Positions 21,580 to 31,024 of a DNA stretch of 64,000 nucleotides are shown piece after piece. The notes beneath the pieces are model-generated. The model did no database searches. It was not told where the DNA came from and worked only from the letters and a program-made list of their open reading frames with translations. Each line of letters opens with the position of its first letter. The first letter of the stretch is position 1. Origin of the DNA: Thraustochytrium aureum. Lineage: Eukaryota. The DNA is taken from assembly GCA_012862495.1 (NCBI GenBank), contig BLSG01000385.1:11574-75573 (forward strand), in the 5' to 3' direction. Made by a program: the position numbers and the translations under genes.

Positions 21580-21851
21580 TTTTGACAACGTTCCCGACGC
21601 CCGACGCAGAGCCAGCGAGCGCTGCGGCGCCACAGCCCGCCAGGCGCTCGCACACGGCAACGGCATCGCGCTCGCGTCCCTCCCTACCCAGCGCAAGCAG
21701 GCCGCAACCCGCCAGGGCTCGCGAGTGACAGCCAGCGCCAGCGCCAGCGCCAGCGCCAGCTCCAGCTCCAGCTCTCTCTTGAGCAAGTGCAGCCGGAGAG
21801 CAAGGCCTTGCCAGAGCGAGCTCGCGCTTGGGCCTCGGCGCCCGGAGCGGC

Positions 21852-22820
21852 ATGGCTCACCAGTTCGAGGGCCGGCTGCGCTCGTCGCGAGCCACCAGGG
21901 ACGCGCACGAAGACCTGGGCAACCGCGCAAAGGCCCTCGAATGCGTGCCTGCTGCGGCGCTCTGCGAAAAGGCCCGTCTAGTAGGGGACGCCGCCACGCT
22001 GCCGCTCACGGGCTGCGTTGACCCAGAGGGCCGCGACAAGCTCGCCAAGGCGCTGCTCAAGTGGTTCAAGGAGGACTTGTTCTCCTGGTGCAACACGCTC
22101 AAGTGCGAGGGCTGCGGCAAAGCCACCAAGCCGACGCAGAGCGCCCCGCCACTGGAAGAGGAGCGCCGTTATTTGGCCAGCGTCGTTGAGATTCACGCCT
22201 GCGAGGACTGCGGCATATGGCAGCGCTTTCCGCGGTACAACGACCCCGTCAAACTCCTCGAGACACGAACGGGGCGGTGCGGCGAGTGGGCTAACTGCTT
22301 TGCCCTCGTTGCCCGCGCCGTGGGGTTTGAGGTTCGGTATGTGAGCGACTGGACCGATCACGTGTGGTGCGAGCTGTGGAGCGAGTTGTGCGGACGCTGG
22401 GTCCATGTCGACCCGTGCGAGAATGCGTTCGATGCTCCTCTGATGTACGAGCAAGGATGGGGCAAGAAACTCAACTATATCGTTGCTTTCGGGAGCGACC
22501 ACGTCGTGGACGTAACGCGAAAATACTCCAAGGACTACAGTGCAAATGTGCTGGGCAACCGCACGCTTCTCGCGGAGGACAAGGTCGCAGCGCTCGTTGC
22601 CAAACACCACAAGTCGCAGTCGGCGCTGGCACGGCAGCGGTACCCGTGGGTCGACCAGCGCACAACGCGAGAGCGCCTCATGCTCGAGCAGTTCGCCTTG
22701 CTCGAAATGCGGTCCGATGCAGAGTTGAGCCCGGCCGAGCTCCAAGGGAGACTCACTGGCTCGGCGGCTTGGCGCGCGGCGCGCGGGGAAGACGGCGCGT
22801 CCGCTCCGCGGCGCCGCTGA
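21852..22820 (+). CDS. PNG1: Peptide:N-glycanase (PNGase), transglutaminase-like core
   Basis: LLKWFKEDLFSW, two CxxC pairs, RFPRYNDPVKLLETRTGRCGEWANCF, TDHVW, HVDPCE, YEQGWGKKLNY, DVTRKY. Confidence 0.95.
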   Translation: MAHQFEGRLRSSRATRDAHEDLGNRAKALECVPAAALCEKARLVGDAATLPLTGCVDPEGRDKLAKALLKWFKEDLFSWCNTLKCEGCGKATKPTQSAPPLEEERRYLASVVEIHACEDCGIWQRFPRYNDPVKLLETRTGRCGEWANCFALVARAVGFEVRYVSDWTDHVWCELWSELCGRWVHVDPCENAFDAPLMYEQGWGKKLNYIVAFGSDHVVDVTRKYSKDYSANVLGNRTLLAEDKVAALVAKHHKSQSALARQRYPWVDQRTTRERLMLEQFALLEMRSDAELSPAELQGRLTGSAAWRAARGEDGASAPRRR

Positions 22821-23176
22821 GCGCGAGCCATCCAGTAATAAAAGGAGGATAGTGACGGCGAGGCATGTGGCCCGAGGGCGTCGTTTGGCCGCCACGCACG
22901 GGCGACTCCCGCGCCTCTAGGAGCGGGTCGAGCCTCGTGCGCTTGCGCTGCCGCTACCACCATTGGCCTTGTCAGCGCGGGGCGTGTCAGGCCCGCNNNN
23001 NNNNNNNNNNNNNNNNNNNNNNNNNNNNNNNNNNNNNNNNNNNNNNNNNNNNNNNNNNNNNNNNNNNNNNNNNNNNNNNNNNNNNNNNNNNNNNNNNNNN
23101 NNNNNNNNNNNNNNNNNNNNNNNNNNNNNNNNNNNNNNNNNNNNNNNNNNNNNNNNNNNNNNNNNNNNNNNNNNNN

Positions 23177-24230
23177 GTGTCAGGCCCGCCCTGGCCCGCG
23201 TGAACGGATAGGTGTAGATCTCGTCCTTCAAGTCAAGCAGCATTGCGTTGAACTCTACGTGGTCGTACTCGCCCACAGAGCTCACGAACGGGCGCGGCTT
23301 TCTCGGCGTAGTCGCCCGCCGCGGTCCTTGAGACTCGTGCTGGGCCTGCTTCTTGCGCTGCCTTGCCTTTTCGAGCTTTGCCATCCAAGCCGCTTTGTCA
23401 GCTTCGAGTGCAGCGACAAGGGCCTCGAGCTCGCCAATACGAGCAACCAGATCCTGCGCCTCGGCCTGCAGCGCTTGCTCTCTTGCGGATGGTTCGCAGT
23501 GCACGGGCGGAGAGGTCTGCGGTGCGGGCTCCTCACTCGAGTCTGTTTGTGTGGCCTTGTTTTGCGGGCAAGCCAGCTGTCTGACTGGCCCTTCGGGAAT
23601 TGGCGAGCCCGATCCAAGCGAGGTCTGCAGCGGCAGGGTTTCTTGAACGACTGGCTCCGATTCAAGGAATTCTGTCTTCGCGGGCCCACGAGAAGGCTCA
23701 GTACCTTTGTTTGATCCGGGGTGCGTGGCTTCGCTGCTCGCTGACCGCGGAGAAGAGGGCGCAGACCAGCGCTCTTCGCCATGCTGTTCCTGGCTTGCCA
23801 CGTCCTCGTGCTTGCTCTCACAGTTGTCGCTCCCAGTGTCTGAATCGCAATCGGACCCTTTTCGCTCCAGCCTATGGCGTTCGCTAGTAGACCCGTCCTT
23901 ACCAGCTGCAGGGCCTTGGCTTGCTCGGTGCAGGGTGTTTGTGCTCTTCCCGTCAATGCTGGAGAGTCCGGTTTGACTAACTTTGAACCACGGGGTTGAT
24001 CCCATCATGCTTATGATCGCTGGCCGAAGCGCAGGTGGCTGCGGCGGCGATCCCGGTGCTGCTTGCATACGACCACCTAGCTTTTCCGAGACAGACACGG
24101 TCCTTTCTTTCGCCGTTGGCGCGCCGGGCGGCTCGCGCAACGTCGTTTCCCTCGGTGGAAGCAGTGGCATCTCGACCGCGCTTTCGCCGCAGCGCGGGAA
24201 ACGCCCTGCCGTCTGCGCAAGCCGCGCCAC
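23177..24230 (-). CDS. Hypothetical low-complexity/coiled-coil protein; ends uncertain
   Basis: Long open frame with a disordered Ser/Pro/Glu region and coiled coil REQALQAEAQDLVARIGELEALVAALEADK; runs into a gap. Confidence 0.55.
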
Positions 24231-24530
24231 GCAGCGCTAGCGACTTGCAACGCTGCAGGGCCACCGCCTCCACCGGCAGCAGTCGAGTCTCGCCGAGCCC
24301 TGCGCATCTGGCTCTGCCCACTCATCTCAACGGCTCCAACGGCTCCAACGGCCAAGACGCGCACGACGAAGGCCGAGCGAGTCGCATCCAGCTCCTGCTG
24401 CTGCGCGCGCTGGGCTGCCGTCGACGGCGGCACTGCGTGGAAGCTCTTCGGGTTGCGCCTTGGCGAGCTTGGTTGTGGCTGGACTACTTTGGTGGGGTTG
24501 TGGAGGCGGTGGAGCGCGCGAAACGAAACC

Positions 24531-25008
24531 ATGGACCTCAAGACGCAGAAGCGTATTGCCGCGTTCAAGGCGAAGGAGCGCGAGCGGCGCAGCGCGAGCA
24601 AGGAGCCAATGAGTGCAGCGGAGAGGCAGCGGCGAATGAAGGACAATGCGGCGAAGAAGAAGAGACCTGGGTTTGGAAGCTCGGTGCCTAGCATTGCGGA
24701 CCATTTGAACGAGGTGACTGGGCTGACGGAGAAGCGGGTCTCCAAGCGCGAAGAGCGCGATAGGCGCATTGAAGCAGCTGCAAAGCAGGGCGCAGGATGC
24801 CGCCGGTTTGAGGTGGCGGCAGCCAACATGGGGTCGTCCAAGTTTAACGGCGGAGGCCAGGCCCTCATGGGCGAGCGCCCCAAGAAGCCAGCAGTGAGGC
24901 GCGCCGGAGGAACGAGCAACAGGCTGGACGGCGCGCCGGTAGCGCGTACGCAAGCTTCGCGCGGGCCCGGCGGGCGACCAGAAGGCGATGAGCGAATGCA
25001 GCTGGCGC
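24531..25008 (+). CDS. Hypothetical basic protein, N-terminal part (runs into gap)
   Basis: ATG in an ACCATGG context; MDLKTQKRIAAFKAKERERRS... has protein-like composition. Confidence 0.55.
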
Positions 25009-25871
25009 NNNNNNNNNNNNNNNNNNNNNNNNNNNNNNNNNNNNNNNNNNNNNNNNNNNNNNNNNNNNNNNNNNNNNNNNNNNNNNNNNNNNNNNNNNNN
25101 NNNNNNNNNNNNNNNNNNNNNNNNNNNNNNNNNNNNNNNNNNNNNNNNNNNNNNNNNNNNNNNNNNNNNNNNNNNNNNNNNNNNNNNNNNNNNNNNNNNN
25201 NNNNNNNNNNNNNNNNNNNNNNNNNNNNNNNNNNNNNNNNNNNNNNNNNNNNNNNNNNNNNNNNNNNNNNNNNNNNNNNNNNNNNNNNNNNNNNNNNNNN
25301 NNNNNNNNNNNNNNNNNNNNNNNNNNNNNNNNNNNNNNNNNNNNNNNNNNNNNNNNNNNNNNNNNNNNNNNNNNNNNNNNNNNNNNNNNNNNNNNNNNNN
25401 NNNNNNNNNNNNNNNNNNNNNNNNNNNNNNNNNNNNNNNNNNNNNNNNNNNNNNNNNNNNNNNNNNNNNNNNNNNNNNNNNNNNNNNNNNNNNNNNNNNN
25501 NNNNNNNNNNNNNNNNNNNNNNNNNNNNNNNNNNNNNNNNNNNNNNNNNNNNNNNNNNNNNNNNNNNNNNNNNNNNNNNNNNNNNNNNNNNNNNNNNNNN
25601 NNNNNNNNNNNNNNNNNNNNNNNNNNNNNNNNNNNNNNNNNNNNNNNNNNNNNNNNNNNNNNNNNNNNNNNNNNNCAACGACAACAACGAATGACAAGCT
25701 GATGTGAATTCTGCTGATTGAGCGCTTGGTCGTCGACCGACAAACAAGCTGACGTGAATTCTGCTGATCGACAAATTGGTTGTCGACCGCCAAGTTGTTG
25801 GTCTATGACTGAATATTGTGTATAAATCTGTACTTACACAGCGCGCGTTCCGGCCGCTCAAGCCTCTCACG

Positions 25872-26381
25872 TTACGAGCGCTGCTCGACCGCCGAGAGCA
25901 GCGGGTCCCCAGCGGGCCCAGCGCGGGCCTTGGCCATGTCGGCGTCCGAATCAGTCTGTGCAGAGTCCGGCTCGGCGGGAGGCATTGGCTTGTCCACTGC
26001 TGGGGTCTCGAGGTGCAACGCTTCGGCGACAGAGTGTGCTGCAGATGTCAGTGAGGATTTCATGCCATGGGCGACCCCTTCAATGGAGCTCTCCAGCTCG
26101 TACATCTTGGATTTTGCTGCCTCCATGATGTTGACGCCCGAGAAGGGCGACTCCACTTCGGGGCCTTCGCCCGACGCGACCTTTTTGCTGGCCTCCATCA
26201 CGGGGTCGCCCGCGGGGGTGCTTGCACGGTCAGCGGCGATCTCCTCTGCGCTCTGGTTGTGCGCGTCCTCCTGTAGCTCGACCATTTTGCTGTCCTCGTC
26301 GTTTGATTCGTCGTCCAGCCCAGTCACTTGGTCAATCACAGCATCCAACACCGGCGCGTAGTCGGGCGGCGGCGCAAGCAT
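25872..26381 (-). CDS. Small acidic hydrophilic hypothetical protein
   Basis: Open frame with Asp/Glu/Ala-rich composition; AT-richer 3' flank near 25810-25840. Confidence 0.55.
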   Translation of the reverse strand: MLAPPPDYAPVLDAVIDQVTGLDDESNDEDSKMVELQEDAHNQSAEEIAADRASTPAGDPVMEASKKVASGEGPEVESPFSGVNIMEAAKSKMYELESSIEGVAHGMKSSLTSAAHSVAEALHLETPAVDKPMPPAEPDSAQTDSDADMAKARAGPAGDPLLSAVEQRS

Positions 26382-26909
26382 TAACTCGATTGGGTTTTGC
26401 CCGGTCCGTCTCCCGTCCCGGCGCAACAAACTCAACAAGCCAGCTCGGCTCCCCTTCTGAATTCTGATGAGCAGCAGACCTGCAGCACCTGCAGCACCTC
26501 GGTGCTCCGTCACGCTGGCAGCAAGAGAATCAGCAGTAGAACAGACGACAGCTGCGAGCGCTTTCGCCGCGCGTTTCGAGACTGCCCGAACGAGGATACT
26601 CGGGAAGTAGCTGCAGCGTTCGTTCGGTGATTGCCTCGCAAGCGAGCGCCGAGATCTTTCCCGGCGGCCTGCACACGCGCGCATTCATCACTCGCGACTC
26701 GGGCTCGAGGGCCATCGGCATCGTTGTTCCCCGTTTTTGTTCCCCGCACATCCGAAAGAACGCACATCTCGGCTCAAATACGGAAAATCTTTGCTTTTAA
26801 ATTTTAAAAACAAAACACAAATATATAGCTCCGAACTACCGACGAGCACAGAGAAGGCGCCGCTCTAGAGCTCTCGAGAGGCAAGCAGGTTGATGGCCGA
26901 GTGCGATGG

Positions 26910-28959
26910 TCAGGGCCGCCGAGCAGCGAGCTCGAGGCCGGCCTCCTCGTCCTCCTGAGGCGCGGAGAGCGACCCCGAGGCGCAAGATCTGGCCGAAGCG
27001 GTGGAGGCTGTTTCCGCATCGTCGTCAGCCGTGTCGAACAATATAATCCCGTTTCGAGAACACAAGAGCATGTTGGTCGCTGTCACGAAGGAGAGGACCT
27101 CCACCGTTGTCCCTGCGTCCCAGAGGTTGGCTTTGCTCTGGTACGCCGTGAGGAGCACGATGATGAACTGCGGAAAGTCCCTGAGCAGCGAGCGAACGCG
27201 GCCGGAATCGCTCACCTCAATCGCATCCTCGAAGGTGGCAGGGGCGCAGAACCGGCTCGTGACCCCACTCCAAGCGAGACGGAGCATGTTGGCGTTGAAC
27301 GGAACGAGAATGGCCATCTCGACCGCAAAGTGGCTGTGGTTCTCCTGGAGCCAAAGCCTGAACCCACGATTCCGCCGCGCAACCACGTTGGACGTTCGGT
27401 AGGCCACGAAATAGTTGACGATTACGCTCAGGAGCAGGAAGAAAAAGCTGACGAGGCCGCTCAGCGCGTAGTACGGATGCACGATGAAGGAGATCACGTA
27501 CCAGACGTGCACCACGTCCGCTGTTCCGCAAAACACAAGCGTTGCGAGGACGTTGGCAGCCACAGAAACCGGGAACACGCACACAATGCACCATCCAAAA
27601 GCGAGAAGGACAATCACAGCAATGGTCGGGCCGCGGAGCCAGACGTTGGTATCCTGGAAAACGAGAAGATCGCCAACGGCGGTGTCTTTGCCAGCCGGCT
27701 GCAATGCACCAACCAGCACAACATCGCCCAGGATCGCAGCAGAGAGGCCGACGCGGAGGGAGGCCGGGTCGGAAGCGCGGAGGACCGCCGAGCCGATCCA
27801 CCGCCACTTTGTTAATGTGAAGGCGAAGGCGGCACCTTGCTCCTGGAAGTTGGAAGCTGCGTCATAGATGGCGAGCTTTGGAACCCCCACGATAAGGCGG
27901 CCGCCTTGGATGGCAACCGAGCTGCCGAAGCCGGATGCCCCTGACTCCGACCCCGGCACCGAGATCGATTCGCGGCGGTTCCAAGTTACGCCTTCCAGTC
28001 CCGTTTGCCTTTCGAACACGATGACAACGCCACCGTCTGGGTCGTCTGGGATCCCGAGCGCGAGGTAGTCGCCGTCGAGCGCAATCGGGACCTTTAGGCT
28101 CGAAATCGTCGACGAGCTGCAGTGCAAGTCGTCGAGTTTGATGGTCGAGTTGTCCGAACTGAAGAACGCCATGCACGGCTGGACGACGTTGCCGCTTCGC
28201 CTGTAGCCAACCGCGGCGACCGTCTCGCCAGAAGCAGCCAGGACGAAGCCAACCATATCTACGCTGTCGAATGGGGCTCCTGACGAGGCGTCGAGCTGTT
28301 CCACGAGCTCCAGCTCCAGTGCGTCGCTCACCTCATCACTCGGGCGGCGCCGGAACTTGCTGAGTGCGCCGAGCCCCGGAGAGCCCACGTAGGCAAAGCT
28401 CGCTGTGAGGGCCAGCCCAGTCCCAAACCCCGAGTCGGGCGCGCCGCAGAGCCGGCTGTCCGGTTCCACCACGTCGAGCCCGGCTTCGAGCGCAAGCGCT
28501 CCGTCGAGTCGGAACGTATAGATGCACGGAATTGTCTGGTTACCCTCCCAGGTTGAGCCGCTCACCACGGCGAGCTGGTCGTGAATTGCCACTGATGCGC
28601 CAAAAGCGGTAGAGTTGCTCTCGCCGGAGCGGAGCTCGGCAACCAGGCGCACTTCGCCGCCGCCGTCGGAGCGTACCACATAGACGGCGCCGTCTCCAGT
28701 TGGCCCTGGCGGGGCGCCAACGAGGGCAAGCAGTCCGTCCGCCGCGAGAGCTGCGGCAAACTGGGTGCCGTCCGGCACTGTGTCTGGCTGGCTAACGCGT
28801 CCGGCCTGCTCCTCGGTGTGCAGCGCGTTGCTGCAAACAGCTGACCGCCCGCCAGCCACACCGCAGCCAGCAGCGCGCTTCCAATTCGCCGCGCGCCGGC
28901 GCGCCGTGGCGGCGAGTCCCAGCGCCGTCCTTTCCAGCCCAGCCGCGCGGTCTCGGCAG
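26910..28959 (-). CDS. FG-GAP (integrin-alpha-type beta-propeller) ectodomain plus multi-pass membrane domain; 5' end in gap
   Basis: Repeats FAAALA...VGAP, FGASVAI, FGTGLAL...VGSP, FGSSVAIQGGRLIVGVP, followed by about 6 hydrophobic helices including LLRDFPQFII. Confidence 0.8.
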
Positions 28960-29536
28960 NNNNNNNNNNNNNNNNNNNNNNNNNNNNNNNNNNNNNNNNN
29001 NNNNNNNNNNNNNNNNNNNNNNNNNNNNNNNNNNNNNNNNNNNNNNNNNNNNNNNNNNNNNNNNNNNNNNNNNNNNNNNNNNNNNNNNNNNNNNNNNNNN
29101 NNNNNNNNNNNNNNNNNNNNNNNNNNNNNNNNNNNNNNNNNNNNNNNNNNNNNNNNNNNNNNNNNNNNNNNNNNNNNNNNNNNNNNNNNNNCCTCCAGGC
29201 CGAGCCTGCGCCTTGCGCTAGCCAGCTAGCCTTCTCGGCGCCCAGTCCTCGGCGGCGCTCGGCCAGCAAGGCCTCGCACGACGCGGGGGTCTCGGCGCGA
29301 GGCGCGACTCGTCGAGCTGGCGGCGGCGGAGGACCGCGCCGAGCGCACAGCAACCAAACACAGACGAGACCACCCGCTCCAGGTCCAGTGCCCCCTACAC
29401 CTGCGCATCGGCACGCGAGTCGCCCACGACACCGCTAGCTAGACAGAGCTCCTTCTGCCAGCCTCGATCACCAGTGGCGCGAGTACTCGGCCACGTCGAG
29501 AGGGCAGCCCCCCGCGAACAGGAGCAGCACCAGCCG

Positions 29537-29770
29537 AAACCGCGCGCGGCTCGACGGCGTTCGAGACCAAACCGCGCACGGCTCGACCGCGCACCGGGCG
29601 AAACCGCGCACGGCTCGACCGCGCACGGCTCGACCGCGTCCGAGACGACCGCGTGCGACCAACTCGACCGCGTCCGGGGCGACCGCGTGCGACCACTCGA
29701 CCGCGTCCAAGACGACCGTGTACGACCAACTTGACCGCGTCCGAGGCGACCGCGTACGACCAACTCGACC
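29537..29770. repeat. Minisatellite of 32-34 bp units built on a CGACCGCG core, directly upstream of the MOSC ATG
   Basis: Units such as gaccgcgtgcgaccaactcgaccgcgtccggggc x4, preceded by aaaccgcgcacggctcgacc-type units x3. Confidence 0.9.
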
Positions 29771-29787
29771 GAGCACAGGTCGGCGAG

Positions 29788-30900
29788 ATGGAGTGGGGGC
29801 GGCAGCGCAAGGCGCTGGTTTTGGGCGCCGTCGCGGCGACTGGCGCGTGTTGGTGGTGGTGGTCGAGCAAGGCTGAGGAGGCCGTGCTGGACGTGGAGCG
29901 TGCAAAGGCTGTGCGCGTGGCCGGGGAGACTGTGGCGGAGGTGGCGCTGGAGTCCCCGTCGAAAGAGAGACGGCGGCCGTATTCCGTGACGCAGCTGTTT
30001 GTGTATCCGGTCAAGAGCCTGCGCGGGGTGGCGGTGGGCGAAGCTGAGGTCGTGCCAGAAGGGCTTGCGTATGACCGGCGGTGGATGGTCGTGGACGAGA
30101 ACGGGTCGTTCTTGTCGCAGCGGCGCGTGGCGCGGATGGCTCTCCTCAGCGCACGCGTGGTGCGCGACCCGTACGGACAGGTCGCGGTTGAGCTCGGGGG
30201 CGACGAGGCGGAGTGTTCGATCTTGGTCCCAATTGACACGAGCGCGAGCGCGCTTCGCCCATCGCCGGTGCGGGTCTGGGACGACTACATCTGTGATGTG
30301 CATGATCAGGGCGAAAACGCAGCACGGTGGCTCGCTCGTGAACTTCAGATGCCGGGTGTACGCTTGGTGTACATGGGCGAGCGCGCGCGCCGTCCGGTCA
30401 GTTCAAAATACGCCGTCGACCCGTCGTCGGACCGGACTTGGTTCAGCGACGGGTTTCCGATGCTGTTGATATCGCAGGCTTCGTTGAACGACTTGAACAG
30501 GAGGGTCTTTGCGGCAAAGGTGTCTCAGCCCCAGGACGGCCAGGTCAACGACGGGACCCCCACGCGCCCCTTTGAAATGGACAGCTTTCGTCCAAACATC
30601 GTTATTGGAGGCTGCGAGCCGTACGAGGAAGACAACTTGGACTGGGTGGTTCTCGCCGGGGGCCTGCGGCTCCGCGTTGCCAAGCCGTGCTCACGCTGCA
30701 AGATCACGACGATCGACCCAAAGACGGGCGCTGTCCCAAGCGACTACTTGAACGCCGAGCCGCTGCGGACGTTGCGCGGGTACAGGTCGAAGGGCGAAGA
30801 CGTCTTTTTTGGGCAAAATCTGATTTGGGACCATCAGGGCCGCGTCCAAGCAACGATTCGTGTTGGGGATACATTTGAGGTTGAGCGCAGGCAGCTCTGA
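29788..30900 (+). CDS. MOSC-domain molybdoenzyme (mARC/YcbX-like) with N-terminal membrane anchor
   Basis: LFVYPVKSLRG, DRRWMVVD, FSDGFPMLLISQASLNDLN, FRPNIVIGGCEPYEED, KPCSRCKITTIDP, FFGQN. Confidence 0.95.
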   Translation: MEWGRQRKALVLGAVAATGACWWWWSSKAEEAVLDVERAKAVRVAGETVAEVALESPSKERRRPYSVTQLFVYPVKSLRGVAVGEAEVVPEGLAYDRRWMVVDENGSFLSQRRVARMALLSARVVRDPYGQVAVELGGDEAECSILVPIDTSASALRPSPVRVWDDYICDVHDQGENAARWLARELQMPGVRLVYMGERARRPVSSKYAVDPSSDRTWFSDGFPMLLISQASLNDLNRRVFAAKVSQPQDGQVNDGTPTRPFEMDSFRPNIVIGGCEPYEEDNLDWVVLAGGLRLRVAKPCSRCKITTIDPKTGAVPSDYLNAEPLRTLRGYRSKGEDVFFGQNLIWDHQGRVQATIRVGDTFEVERRQL

Positions 30901-30933
30901 CAGCGCCGGCGCGAGCTTGCGCTCCGAACTTTG

Positions 30934-30972
30934 GCTTTTTTATAAAAAAAAGAACCATTTTTAAATTAAAAG
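30934..30972. terminator. A/T-rich putative bidirectional 3'-end/polyadenylation region between the convergent MOSC and ABCA genes
   Basis: TTTTTTATAAAAAAAAGAACCATTTTTAAATTAAAA in an otherwise GC-rich context, between two stop codons about 125 bp apart. Confidence 0.5.
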
Positions 30973-31024
30973 TGCATTTCCGCGGCGCGAGCTCGCGCTC
31001 GCGCTCCGGGCTTCTTTTTTATAG

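Noticed and set aside
5705..22820. RING ligases, DnaJ and PNGase as a protein quality-control gene cluster
   Set aside because: Interspersed with unrelated genes; these families are common, so co-location is expected by chance.
22984..23189. 13-bp repeat GTGTCAGGCCCGC either side of a gap (TSD-like)
   Set aside because: Most simply an assembly overlap or collapsed repeat; no element sequence is visible.
29537..29770. Repeat array as a CRISPR, given a Cas4-like gene 8 kb away
   Set aside because: Units are contiguous with no unique spacers, there are no cas1/cas2 genes, and the context is eukaryotic.
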